Assembly: GCA_964658305.1 (NCBI GenBank)
Contig: OZ210885.1
Span: 7,006,001-7,070,000 of the forward strand
Origin: Leptogorgia sarmentosa
Taxonomy: Eukaryota
DNA length: 64,000 nt
Direction: 5' to 3'
Positions 1-10,373 of this stretch are shown here, piece by piece. Positions within the stretch are counted from its first letter, which is position 1; the number at the start of each line of letters is the position of its first letter. Both the position numbers and the translations under genes were made by a program. Below the pieces are notes generated by a model that was not told where the DNA came from, did no database searches, and saw only the letters and a list, made by a program, of their open reading frames with translations.

Positions 1-300
1 TGTTGTTGCTTTAAGTATCTTCACTTCGTCGTAGAATGGTATCCAATTTAGTTGCTGAAACATGTTGACTGTTCGTGCTGACATGTCCAAATCTAAAATA
101 ACCCGTGCTGCTCTTTTCTGTAACCTAAAAACTCTGTTTAGGTTTTCTTTCGAGGTTGTTGTCCAAACAGCTGAACCATAGAAAATAATATGCTTTATCA
201 TAGCATTATAATAAAGACAGCGTTCTCTAAATGGGAGGCAACGCTTTATTTTGCAGAGTACCGCGATTCGTTTAGATAGTTTCTTACATATATTGTCAAC
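1..300 (-). mobile_element. Non-LTR retrotransposon (CR1/L2-like) ORF2 C-terminal fragment, running off the window edge
   Basis: Minus strand gives 100 stop-free codons VDNICKKLSKRIAVLCKIKRCLPFRERCLYYNAMIKHIIFYGSAVW...RVFRLQKRAARVILD...FQQLNWIPF. This matches the post-RT 'YxSxVW...RLQKRAARxI...LxWxP' signature of CR1/L2-group ORF2. Confidence 0.85.
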
Positions 301-697
301 GAATAATGAAGATGCAGGTCGTTGCCAGATTTAAACTGGGGTCCTTGCAGTGTTAGAAGCGTGTAGTAACCAGTGCACTACAAGAAATGTAAAGCAATCC
401 CCAAATTTAACCCTCCCAAACACTAACAAGATAATACAAAAACACATAAACACAGTATTTCCGATGACCATTGAAAATTCGCAATAGTATTGGGATCGTT
501 CGATTTTAACTGCGATTGATTGAAAAAATTCCAATAAAATAATGTGTGCCTCCGTCACGTAAATTGATTTTGTTGACCATGTTTAAGGTGTAACAATTTC
601 CTAGAACTTACTCTGATTTATTATTTGAAGGTGTTTGGTGAAAATGTTCGGCATCTTGTGGAATATGAACATTATAACGAAAGAATTGGGCAACTTT

Positions 698-768
698 GCG
701 TTGGTGGTTCAGTGGTAGAATTCTCGCCTGCCACGCGGGAGACCGGGGTTCGATTCCCCGCTAACGCA
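698..768 (+). tRNA. tRNA-Gly(GCC), apparently intact
   Basis: GCGTTGGTGGTTCAGTGGTAGAATTCTCGCCTGCCACGCGGGAGACCGGGGTTCGATTCCCCGCTAACGCA; acceptor and T stems pair, anticodon GCC. Confidence 0.95.
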
Positions 769-858
769 GATTATTTTCATTTTGTTGCATTTCAATTTCA
801 ACTGCAACACGGGAAATAAACTGGCTTGGTAACATAGAAATAGTCAACAAGTTATCAC

Positions 859-930
859 TCCCATGTGGTCTAGTGGTTAAGATCTGGCGTTTTCACCGCC
901 ATGGCCCGGGTTCGATTCCCGGCGTGGAAA
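859..930 (+). tRNA. tRNA-Glu(TTC) with one acceptor-stem mismatch
   Basis: TCCCATGTGGTCTAGTGGTTAAGATCTGGCG-TTTTCAC-CGCCATGGCCCGGGTTCGATTCCCGGCGTGGAAA; C2.A71 mismatch. Confidence 0.85.
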
Positions 931-1016
931 TTTTTTGATAAAATTTCAATTTGAAGCAGCTTGTGTTCACATTCTCAAACTCGTTCTCTGAAACCAAACC
1001 ATTTTAAAAGCGCTAC

Positions 1017-1089
1017 GACCTTGTGGCGCAATTGGTAGCGCGTCTGACTCCAGATCAGAAGGTTAAGTGTTTAATTCACTTCAAGGTCA
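1017..1089 (+). tRNA. tRNA-Trp(CCA) with T-loop/B-box substitution (possible pseudogene)
   Basis: GACCTTGTGGCGCAATTGGTAGCGCGTCTGACTCCAGATCAGAAGGTT...CAAGGTCA; T-loop reads TTTAATT instead of TTCAATT. Confidence 0.85.
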
Positions 1090-1185
1090 AGCACTTCTGG
1101 CCACGCTGTCTCTCGAAATTTTCTTCCAAATTCAAATTAAAAATGTTATCGTTATTTTCACATTGCGAGAAAAGACAAATGTTTC

Positions 1186-1257
1186 TCTCATGTAGTCCAG
1201 TGTTCAGGATGTGGCGCTCTCACCGCCAAGGCCCGAGTTCGATTCTCGGCATGGGAA
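1186..1257 (+). tRNA. tRNA-Glu(CTC) with damaged D-loop/A-box (possible pseudogene)
   Basis: TCTCATGTAGTCCAGTGTTCAGGATGTGGCG-CTCTCAC-CGCCAAGGCCCGAGTTCGATTCTCGGCATGGGAA; the invariant D-loop GG is GT. Confidence 0.8.
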
Positions 1258-1289
1258 TAATACTTGCGAGAGCATTTCAACAGCGCTAC

Positions 1290-1323
1290 GATCTTGTGGC
1301 GCAATTGGTAGCGCGTCTGACTC
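1290..1323 (+). pseudogene. 5' half of tRNA-Trp, truncated in the anticodon loop
   Basis: GATCTTGTGGCGCAATTGGTAGCGCGTCTGACTC with the same upstream flank (agcgctac) as the 1017 copy, followed by unrelated sequence. Confidence 0.85.
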
Positions 1324-2007
1324 AATTCCCTAGCCCTATTATTTCGTTTAAATTTGGAAATTAAGTTGACATATTTTATCAAATTAATAGGGTTTATATT
1401 AGCTGTCTCGCGTTTGTGCCACTTTCTGGTATAAAAATTCACGTTATAAAAAAAAGAACTTTTTTAAAATTTTCCAGCAAAATTTTGGATTCTAACTTAG
1501 ATTATAAGTTTCTTATTCACGTCTGAAGTTCACAAATCGTTCAAACTGTACGAAAAATCTGTATTTTAAGAATAAATGTTGCCTTGTATATGTTTTCCTA
1601 TTGTTTTTGTTATATATCTCGCGCAATGCAGTTGGCTGAGGCGAGTATAATTAATTCAAGTGGCGACGATTTCAGGCGATGATTTGGAATTAACATGCAC
1701 CATTGAGTTTTGCAAAGATCTCAAATTAGAAACAGTCCCAAAGACGAGTGCAACTGGAGGTCGTTGGAAACCTCGCGAGTGCATTTTTATCCGAATTTAC
1801 GAGAAACCACACTATTACAAGTTAATAGTTTGCAGAAAAGTATTGGAGACAACTGTCGTTTTTTCCGTTATAAGAAAAAGATAAAAGCTATATTTGCGAA
1901 CCGAAGATAATTTTTGCTTTGCATAGCGCGGCAGCCATGTTTGTTTTGTTTTGATGCAAACTGTAGCTTGAGCTTTAATTTGATTGGTTTAAAGTAATAA
2001 CGTTAAA

Positions 2008-2167
2008 AAGCACTGTGATAACAGAAAATTGCACTGTGATAAAACAAAATTGACTGTGATAACAAGAAATTGCACAGTGTGATTACAGAAAATTGCATTG
2101 TGATAACACAAATTTGCACTATTATTACAGAAAATTGCAGTGTGATTACACAAAATTGCACTGTGAT
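2008..2167 (+). repeat. ~21-bp minisatellite (ATAACAGAAAATTGCACTGTG), about 8 copies
   Basis: Tandem units read directly from the sequence. Confidence 0.9.
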
Positions 2168-2352
2168 TTGGGAGTAACACAGTAGCACAGTCGAGTAATA
2201 GTTTTATCTATATTATCAAGAAAGAAACACCCAAAAGAATCCATATTATTCCCAAGCAACCTTGGGCCTACGTCCCACGCGGTCACCTCAGAGTAGATGT
2301 TGTAGATGTGAATGTTTAGTTCTACAACGCGAAACCTGTTGGTTGTAGCAAT

Positions 2353-2377
2353 GTAGTCGTGGCCGAGCGGTTAAGGC
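2353..2377 (+). pseudogene. 5' fragment of tRNA-Ser, truncated by a repeat element
   Basis: GTAGTCGTGGCCGAGCGGTTAAGGC, preceded by about 440 bp of flank paralogous to that of the intact Ser gene at 7177. Confidence 0.8.
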
Positions 2378-2800
2378 AGTGAACTATATTAATACCTGGA
2401 ACGATAACTCCTATAATTTGTCCTATGATTGGCTGAAGTCGGCGGGCAAGAAAATTAACATTCAAAAGGACTGGGGAGAGTTCGAAGGAGCGAGAATTTT
2501 TTCACCCGGCTTGTTTTTGAGCAAAAATGGCAAGAAATAACACGGTTTTTAGGAGAAAAACATCGATGTTTTGGATTCATACCAGATTTCCTGTTTAGTT
2601 CCAACTATTTTACGTCCATCTGCCGGAAAAAGTGAGCATTTTTATTTTTATATTTAAAAAAATGACAAAAATGTTTTGGTGTGTCAAAAAAACTTTGCTC
2701 TTCAAGCGACAAAAATATATATTTTGAAACGTTTAGACAGTCCCAAACCTATTTTGCAATAAACGCCAAGTATCCTTCTTGATTTTAAACGTTTTATTGC
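2377..2800 (+). mobile_element. Partial copy of the TIR element found complete at 55167-55698
   Basis: 2391-2795 aligns by eye with 55180-55563 (atacctgga...gattggctgaag...cccggcttg...gattttaaa). Confidence 0.75.
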
Positions 2801-3270
2801 TGCTTTATATCATATAAAACATAAATAAATCAACTTTTTCGAATGGTGTTATTTTCGGCTTCGGACTTTCAGTGGGCCCGAGTATATTGTAAACAAAACC
2901 TTGGTTTTTGTTGTGAAAAATGTCAAAAATACGTTGTTTTGAGCCGCAATATAGGGTTTTGATGCCTAAAAACCATGTTTTTGTATAGCTCAGTGTGATT
3001 CACGTCTGTCTGTGTAGATAACGTTCCTGGTACCACTCTTGTACCGAAATTATTTCAAAAAAAATCATTTTCATTTTCGACGTGCATGAAAACCTCTCAA
3101 ACTCCATCGATGCGCGAAAAAAATTATTAAATATTAAATTTCAATCTATTTAAAGATATTTAGCTTAAAATGAAGTAAAAAAGGCATCATTTTAAGGTCA
3201 AAACCAGGGTTTGAAAATTGTCACTTTTTCGCTTCGTGGTTGTCAATGGCGGCGTTGAATTTGACATTCC

Positions 3271-3502
3271 ACGTATGAATCTTTCGCCTTCCGTGGATGA
3301 GAATAAGGCCTGTTTCAAACGTCGAACTTTAGTCGCGTCGAATGCAATTCAGACAAAGGATAATGAGCTGATAATGAGGCAAGTTATCTCATTATCTATT
3401 GTTTTAATTGCATTCGACGCGACTAAAGTTCGACGTATGAAACAGGCCTGACTGAATGAATTCATAGATTAACTTTTCGTGACCCTGCCTAACAGCGGGG
3501 TG
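3271..3502 (+). pseudogene. Degenerate U5 snRNA copy, loop I partly deleted and interrupted by a MITE
   Basis: gtatgaatctttcgcctt[deletion]ccgtggatgagaa...[MITE]...ctgaatgaattcatagattaacttttcgtgaccctgcctaacagcggggtg aligns to the U5 copies at 3793 and 4561. Confidence 0.75.
3307..3448. mobile_element. PIF/Harbinger-type MITE
   Basis: About 43-bp TIR ggcctgtttcaaacgtcgaactttagtcgcgtcgaatgcaatt and its reverse complement; flanked by TAA/TGA. Confidence 0.85.
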
Positions 3503-3792
3503 TTTTTACCATGCAAAATAATTCGATTAATAAGATTCGATTCATTGTTTCAATTCATTGTTCCACCATTTTAATAATTGGCATTTTTTTTAACCACGGC
3601 GTGTTCAAATTCAACAAAGTGAAATGTTTCAGACTGAAAGCCTCTAGTCTTCGTAATTGTCAGCTTTGAAACTACATACTTTCTTGCTGATACGTTAAAT
3701 GCGCGCGCATGCGTGGGCTTAATTCTGCGCCCCACAAGCGAAAGGACGTGGTTTGTAGTTTAAGATCCGTGAAAAACTTTGTGGTTGATATC

Positions 3793-3915
3793 AAACTCTG
3801 GTTTTCCTTCAATCCGCGTATAAATCTTTCGCCTTTTACTAAAGATTTCCGTGGAGGAGAACATCAGAATGAGTCTATAGACTAATTTTTCTTCACCCTG
3901 CCTTAACGGCGGGGT
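3793..3915 (+). ncRNA. U5 spliceosomal snRNA, variant Sm site
   Basis: AAACTCTGGTTT...AAATCTTTC-GCCTTTTAC-TAAAGATTTCCGTGGAG carries the invariant loop I; Sm site reads AATTTTTC rather than AATTTTTG; 3' stem-loop present. Confidence 0.9.
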
Positions 3916-4478
3916 CTTACCCTACAAAATTACCAAACGAACATTAAACAGTTTTATAAAACATTATGCGGCTGGATTTGCGACAGAGTGTGCGGCTGAC
4001 TGCAAAAGGTCGGACTTTGAACGCGGCTTACTTTACTAAACCGCTTCCTTTATTAAACCTTTTCTAAAACGGTTTCGTTCATGTGTTGAGGCGTACTGAA
4101 AATAAAGAATCATTTATGAATGGTGGATTATGGAATGCTATCACTGTTTCTTGTCAATTCAGTCGGATTTTATTTTGACTGCGCGTGTTTCTATTCGGCC
4201 AGTGAAAGGAAGTCACAGATCTGATGGCTTTCCAACCAAATGATGCTCTATGTTCTAGTGAGGCCAAAGCTACTGTTGAATTATTTAAACATCTTAAATC
4301 GCTTTTCATATGGTTTTATATATATATATGATTTATTTTACAATTCAGTACATTAAGTACGCCAGTTTTGGCGTCACCGGCACATACAACATAAAAGTTT
4401 ATACTTTTCGATAATTGCATGTAGAATACAAGTATTTTTCTGTAACTGCGCATGCGTAACATCCATCCCACAAGCTTT

Positions 4479-4560
4479 GCGTGGGTTCAATTCTGTGGCC
4501 CACAAGCGAAAGGACGTGGTTTGTAGTTTAAGATCCGTGAAAAAGTTTGTGGTTGATATC
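4479..4560 (+). promoter_or_regulatory. Conserved U5 upstream region with candidate PSE (also at 3711-3792)
   Basis: About 80 bp nearly identical upstream of both U5 copies; CCCACAAGCGAAAGG lies at roughly -62 to -48, where snRNA PSEs sit. Confidence 0.5.
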
Positions 4561-4683
4561 AAACTCTGGTTTTCCTTCAATCCGCGTATAAATCTTTCGC
4601 CTTTTACTAAAGATTTCCGTGGAGGAGAACAACAGAATGAGTCTATAGACTAATTTTTGGTCACCCTGCCTAACGGCGGGGTG
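4561..4683 (+). ncRNA. U5 spliceosomal snRNA, canonical
   Basis: Invariant loop I GCCTTTTAC, internal loop CCGTGGAG, Sm site AATTTTTGG, 3' hairpin CACCCTGCC-TAAC-GGCGGGGTG. Confidence 0.95.
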
Positions 4684-4689
4684 TTTCTA

Positions 4690-4906
4690 CACGCCTAAAA
4701 ATTATGAGCCCACTGTCAACAGCATTGAACAATGTTGTGCTGCCCATGTTGTTCACACTTGTTAACAATGTTGAACAACGTTGAGACTGAATCGGGTGTA
4801 ACAATATTGCATCAATGTTGTTGACAACTGTGAACAATATGGGCAGCACAACATTGTTGCATCCTGTTTCATCAATGTTGCAACAACCTGAGCGTTTTTA
4901 GCCGTG
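4690..4906. mobile_element. CACTA/EnSpm-like MITE
   Basis: CACGCCTAAAAA...TTTTTAGCCGTG termini, TA on both sides, internal caatgttg/caacattg subterminal repeats. Confidence 0.7.
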
Positions 4907-5084
4907 TAGACAGATTAAGAGGACCGGATGTATAACAAGGGCTCTGTCATAATCGATATACGTCGTCCATCGCGCGACGTTTGAATTGATTGTTAAGCTG
5001 CGTGGACGTCGTGGTCAGTTTGACAGTTGTGACTTGTGATTTTTTGCATAATTGTCCTTGACCTAATATTACAATTTTGTCAAC

Positions 5085-5364
5085 ATGCCGAAATTACGAG
5101 TGGTTAGAGATTGCTTACTACTCTGTCACGATCAAAACTATGTTAATGACGAAGTCACGAAGAGTTTCTTCATCTCTATGACATAAACGAATCGAAAAAT
5201 CCGCTGCATGCTTTACGACGCCTTCGAAAATGGCCTTTGGGCGGTGTCGACTCGCGAAGGATGCCTTCCAGCCTGCCACGACGCATGCTCACTTCAAATA
5301 TTACGTCACATGCTGTCGAAAAGTCGAAGTCGTCCGTCAAAATCCGTCCTTGCGTAAGCTCTCT
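5085..5364 (+). mobile_element. Internally deleted Harbinger-like transposon remnant
   Basis: MPKLRVVRDCLLLCHDQNYVNDE/EEFLHLYDINESKNP (frameshifted) resembles N-termini of invertebrate Harbinger transposases; ends in ttgcgtaagctctct, a Harbinger-like terminus. Confidence 0.45.
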
Positions 5365-6021
5365 ATTGCCTTTGGCAAAAAATGAGATTTTGAGCAAAAA
5401 TAATATCCATTATTTTTTTCCGGTCCGTAACTCCCGGTCCGTAACCTAAATAGAGCTTTCTGATTGGTTGCCGAGCGGTCCGTAACCTACTTTACGGACC
5501 GCTCACATGCATTCTCGTAGATTTAATACAAATATAGTCAATGTTTTTGTTTTTTAAAACTGAATGGCCGCTTATTAAAATATTCAAAACGAATTTAGGC
5601 GATAAAGAACACATGAAAGTCCATTTTATTATGCTACGGGATATTTTAGGGGGTATTTACAGCGACAAAAACAAAAGACAAAAGTCTCGTTAGTATCAAC
5701 AAAACAAAACAAAACATTCTCGGCGAAATATTTCGGTGTCTAAAGCGTATTTTAACCATGTTTCTATTGTGAAACGACCGGGAAAATAAATAATCTTAAC
5801 AAGTTTACCTTTTTCATCGTAATGTTGAGTGGAAATGCGTGAATATTGAAGAAAATGCGTCAATATTGAAGGGTTTTCCCTCACTTCGTCTTGGCTGTTT
5901 AGCAGCCATACTTGCGATAGAGTAGCAAAGTAAACAAACAAACTGATCTCAAAATCTAGTTCGCAACACTGGAATTTTTGACGAATTTTATCACAACATC
6001 GAGGAGAAAAAAAATAAATAA

Positions 6022-6161
6022 GTTATTTACCATTTAGGTCGGTCCGTACTGGAAAATATTTTGTCTCGGTCTCAAAAACGTCCCTCGGCCTTCGGCCTCG
6101 GGCCGTTTTTGAGACCTCGACAAAATATTTTCCAGTACGGACCTCCCAGCTGGTAAATAAC
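6022..6161. repeat. Fold-back hairpin with three TC/TC (GA/GA on minus strand) mismatches and TTC (GAA) triloop
   Basis: ggtccgtactggaaaatattttgtc-tc-ggtctcaaaaacg...ggcc-ttc-ggcc...cgtttttgagacc-tc-gacaaaatattttccagtacggacc. Confidence 0.9.
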
Positions 6162-7176
6162 ATATATATATTAAGTATTTATATATGTAGGCAGTTTAAA
6201 CTTTCAATCGAACGATTTGTTAAACTTAAAATGCTAACGGCATTACCTTATTATGGCCATATATATGCATACATATCTTGGTCTGATGAGATATAAAGGA
6301 AATCTACGCCGAAATCCATCCGATGCACGCGAAATCAACATTTCATCGGCTGCGAAATCCTAATATTTTCAATTCGCAAATTTATGTTGTTAACTTGTTA
6401 TTGAAATATCAACAATATTACAAGAAGCCAATCAGAGGAGACGTTCTTTACCTTACTTTGCGCAAAATAATCCAATCACAACCCTCCATGCAACTGCAGG
6501 ATTAGTAAAAAAATCCACGTGGTTTAGTCAAAATTTCGCAATGATTATAGTCAGAATATTTTTGACCAATCAACACGTCTGTAATGTGTGGCTTGAGCAA
6601 ATTGGACCAATCAAATTACATTATCTAAAACGCAGATTAGTCAATTCTCATTCGAATACCGCTTATTTGACTAATCAGTTGACTAATCAATCGCTGGCTC
6701 AAAATGTGCAAAAACTGATCGCATTTGAACGCTGGAGTGTGATGGATTTTGATTGCGTAATTGAAATTTGAGAGGAGTTTCAATCAATTGGAAAATAATT
6801 TCGAAACCTTGTTCCAAATTCCAGTTTTTGCTTTTGTATAGCCCGGCCGCCATGTTTGTTTTGTTTTCGGAAACAATCTGTAGCCTTAGCTCTAATTTGA
6901 TTGGTTCAAAGTAATAACATAAAATTGCACTGTGATTTGGGATTGACTGCGCAGAAATCAACAATCACAGTCAAGTAATACGTTTATTTATATCATCAAG
7001 AAAGAAACACCCAAAAGAATCCATTTTATTCCCAAGTAACCTTGATCCAGGTCTCACGCGGTCACCTCTTCTCACAAGTCTACTTCATATTATTCACAGT
7101 GTAGCGCTGAGAGTGTAGGTCAGTTGTAGATGTGAATGTTTTGTTGAACAACGCGAAACCGTTTGGTTGTAGTAAC

Positions 7177-7258
7177 GTAGTCGTGGCCGAGTGGTTAAGG
7201 CGACAGACTAGAAATCTGTTGGGAGTTTCCCGCGCAGGTTCAAATCCTGCCGACTACT
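7177..7258 (+). tRNA. tRNA-Ser(AGA)
   Basis: GTAGTCGTGGCCGAGTGGTTAAGGCGACAGA-CTAGAAA-TCTGTTGGGAGTTTCCCGCGCAGGTTCAAATCCTGCCGACTAC; long variable arm, stems pair; discriminator is T rather than the usual G. Confidence 0.92.
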
Positions 7259-7747
7259 TTGTGCAATGTCTTCAACATTTTGGTCTCGAAGATAAACATG
7301 AATTGTTTTTGGGAAAAATTCGATAACAGGAAGTTCTGTTCTCGGTGGTGGTGGCTGAGCATTTAAAGTGACAGATTAAATGTCCAAGTTTTTCCAACAA
7401 CAAATTCAACGGAAAGAACTCCCGTTTGTATTGTATTGTATCAATTGATATATATAGTTATGAAATATGCCAATTAAGAATGATTTTCTATTTGTGTTTC
7501 AATTGAAATTGAAAGGCAACAAAATGAAAATATTCTGCGTTACAAGTTCTAGGAAATTGTTGCACTTTAAACATGATCAGTCTAATCATTTTTTTGTGGA
7601 AAAGCAAGATCATGGACTTAAATACAGAAAACACCAAAGGAATGGAAACACCAAAAAAACACCAAAAGAGGGATAGAGCTAGTAAAATAGCAACGGTTTT
7701 GCTATTTTCTGGAATTGCACATTTTTTCCCTTCTCTCGTAAGTATTA

Positions 7748-7819
7748 TTCGCATGCCGGGAATCGAACCAGGGTCTTGGCGGTGAGAGCGCCATATCCTG
7801 ACCACTAGACCACATGGGA
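7748..7819 (-). tRNA. tRNA-Glu(CTC) with acceptor and T-stem mismatches (possible pseudogene)
   Basis: Reverse complement TCCCATGTGGTCTAGTGGTCAGGATATGGCGCTCTCACCGCCAAGACCCTGGTTCGATTCCCGGCATGCGAA. Confidence 0.85.
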
Positions 7820-7869
7820 GAAACAAATTTTCGAAGAAAATTTCGAGAGACAGGGTGGCCAGAAGTGCT

Positions 7870-7942
7870 TGACCTTGAAGTGAATTGAACACTTAACCTT
7901 CTGATCTGGAGTCAGACGCGCTACCAATTGCGCCACAACGTC
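7870..7942 (-). tRNA. tRNA-Trp(CCA) with one acceptor-stem mismatch
   Basis: Reverse complement GACGTTGTGGCGCAATTGGTAGCGCGTCTGACTCCAGATCAGAAGGTTAAGTGTTCAATTCACTTCAAGGTCA. Confidence 0.85.
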
Positions 7943-8028
7943 GCACTGCTGTTAAAATGGTTTGGTTTCAGAGAACGAGTTTGAGAATGTGAACACAAGC
8001 TGCTTCAAATTGAAATTTTCAGAAAAAA

Positions 8029-8100
8029 TTCTCGCGCTGTGAATCGAACCCGGGCCATGGCGTTGAAAACGCCAGATCCTAACCACTAGACCACATGGGA
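8029..8100 (-). pseudogene. tRNA-Glu(TTC) pseudogene
   Basis: Reverse complement TCCCATGTGGTCTAGTGGTTAGGATCTGGCGTTTTCAACGCCATGGCCCGGGTTCGATTCACAGCGCGAGAA; two T-stem and two acceptor mismatches. Confidence 0.8.
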
Positions 8101-8184
8101 GTGATAACTTGTTGACTATTCCTGTTTTACAAACCCAGTTTGTTTCTCGTGTTGCAGTTGAAATGCAACAAAATGAAAATAATC

Positions 8185-8255
8185 TGCGTCAGCGGGGAAT
8201 CGAACCCTGGTCTCCCGCGTGGCAGGCGAGAATTCTACCACTGAACCACCAACGC
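8185..8255 (-). tRNA. tRNA-Gly(GCC) with one T-stem mismatch
   Basis: Reverse complement GCGTTGGTGGTTCAGTGGTAGAATTCTCGCCTGCCACGCGGGAGACCAGGGTTCGATTCCCCGCTGACGCA. Confidence 0.88.
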
Positions 8256-8749
8256 AAAGTTGCCCAATTCTTTCGTTATAATGTTCATATTCCACAAGAT
8301 GCCGAACACTTTCATCAAACATGATGTTCTCAACAGCTCGCTAAATGCAAGGAAGAAAAAATGAGAGAATTTATTATGCATTTAATATATGTATTCTCGA
8401 TGTTCATTTGTCAAAAAGCACCAGCTAATTCTCATTATAATATAAGTAGGGTAAAAGCTGCAACGTGATTGGCTAATGAGCGTGCATTATAACAGCGTAA
8501 TGCACGCATCTAGCTATTAAATTTCTCACGCGACTTTTTGGTTTGACAAAAAGACAATAAAAATACATATATACTAAAAATACATCCATAAAAAACGCTT
8601 GAATTGTTTGCTTTCGCTCAGCTAAAGGAATAAAGCTGTGTTGCTGCTTGGCAACATTTGAGAACACGCTTGATTACATGTAAAGAGAATTGTAATTTTG
8701 ATCTTCCTAACGAAATTTTTTGTTGCGCTAATATTCTCTTATATTATAA

Positions 8750-8940
8750 AAGAAATAGAAAAACTCGTCGCGTGCCATTATGCTGTTATAATTACACTCG
8801 GGCAATGTTGTGAGAATACTCGAGAATCGCGTAAAACACTCGGCTACGCCTCGTGTTTTACGCGATTCTCTCGTATTCTCCCAACATTTCCCTCGTGCAT
8901 TATAACAGCATAATGGCACGCGACTCGTTATCTATTTCTT
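8750..8940. repeat. Fold-back hairpin with four TC/TC mismatches and TAC (GTA) triloop
   Basis: ...gagaatcgcgtaaaacac-tc-ggc-tac-gcc-tc-gtgttttacgcgattctc... Confidence 0.9.
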
Positions 8941-9410
8941 AAATATTCCATATTCAACTGCTGCGTAGCTAGAGTGTTAATTGAGGGGGAGGGGGGAGTG
9001 TGGGGGTGGGGGGGGGATGGTCTATTCACATATTCGTGTTCAGTGCCACTACTCCTAGATTTACGAAAAAATTATGCAGTAGGCCGTCCCTTTCACGCTT
9101 TGCTTGAATAGTTACGTCAACGAACTGGCAAATAAGTGTAACGCCATGGTAGTCTACGCTCTTCAAGTTAAATTTTTAAATTCATTAAATTTTTCCAAAT
9201 AAAAAAATCAATTTAGCTTTTTGCTATTTAAAATCTTTTAACAGGCAAGCAGTATAGCGCACGTAGCTGCCACATTTGAAATTCATGCAATTAGTAGAAC
9301 CGATCGGTCGTCACTGTTGTGGAAATGTACTACTCTGTAAAAAGTTGTAAAAATGCTATATGAAAGACTTGAACGGTTGAACATGTGTAATTTCGAGTTG
9401 ACAATCTTCA

Positions 9411-9802
9411 ATGGATCGATTGCTTGATAGAAAAGTTTTTTAAAAATCTCGAAATAGTATAATTCATAGCAACAGCGTTTAAGAGCATCTCAAAATTAGT
9501 AAAAATATAAAGTTTGGGAGCTAAATGTTCTAAAATGTGCAAGATATGACCCTATAAAGTTTGCAATTTTTGTGTATTTTAGTATTATGCACGGCAAATT
9601 GTACCCCTGTCGAGAAAAGGATTAAAGGATATCAAGTTTGGATGCGTAATACTAAAATATATAAAATTTGCAAACTTCACAGGAGTATATTTTTCCCATT
9701 TTACAACATTTCGCAATTTTGAGATGCTCTTTAACGCTGTTATTATGAATTGTACTATTTCGAACTTTTTAAAAAAATTGTCTATTAAACAATCGGTCCG
9801 TT
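9411..9802. mobile_element. MITE (AATGGAyC...GGTCCrTT family; relatives near 29768, 57670, 59880-60044)
   Basis: Imperfect TIRs; absent from the paralogous site at about 20010 (tcttcaat|taaacttaat). Confidence 0.75.
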
Positions 9803-10373
9803 AAACTTAATTTACTTGATGATTGTTATGTATTCGAATATTTTAAAATATGCAAGTCAATTTATGAGCGGAGTTCTCTGTCAGGACTCGGGCACAATTT
9901 CATGCCGTCCTGTTTATATTTAACAATAGACCGGCCTTAACACGATTATAAAGATTTTATCTCCGTTGCTCATCGTGTATAGATTTGTTGAAAATAATAT
10001 TTTTCATGTCTGAACTATAGCATGTGAATTTGTTTTCATTCGTATATATACTACTTTGTTTCTCACGGTCCTTTCATATTCTGAACTACGAGATATTATC
10101 AATTATATATATTAATCCTTATTTAAAAGTTTTAATTAAAAAGGCCGACCGTTGCTATAGTCGGCACTGTGTCCTGACAAGCATGTTGAGAAATATTTAA
10201 AATGGGAAACGCAGTTTTAGGCATTGCTAGAGTTAGTATTGATACTACAAGAAGAAAACCTAAACTATCTTTTCCTTTCTATTGAGTACCCTATCATTGT
10301 TTATTACTCTTAAATGAAAAGTGACACAGCAAGATTATAAACACATTTCAACTTTATTATATAATTATTCCTA

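Noticed and set aside
1989..2188. Repetitive Cys/His-rich ORFs and a possible CRISPR-like array
   Set aside because: This is a tandem 21-bp minisatellite with no unique spacers, in eukaryotic DNA.
7344..7385. tRNA-like fragment GGTGGTGGTGGCTGAGCATTTAAAGTGACAGA
   Set aside because: Too degenerate and lacks a T arm; at most a decayed Ser-like relic.
625..8324. ORFs overlapping the tRNA cassettes (e.g. 625-819, 1023-1364, 7488-7892, 8116-8322)
   Set aside because: Their similarity to each other comes from the duplicated tRNA genes; no protein features.
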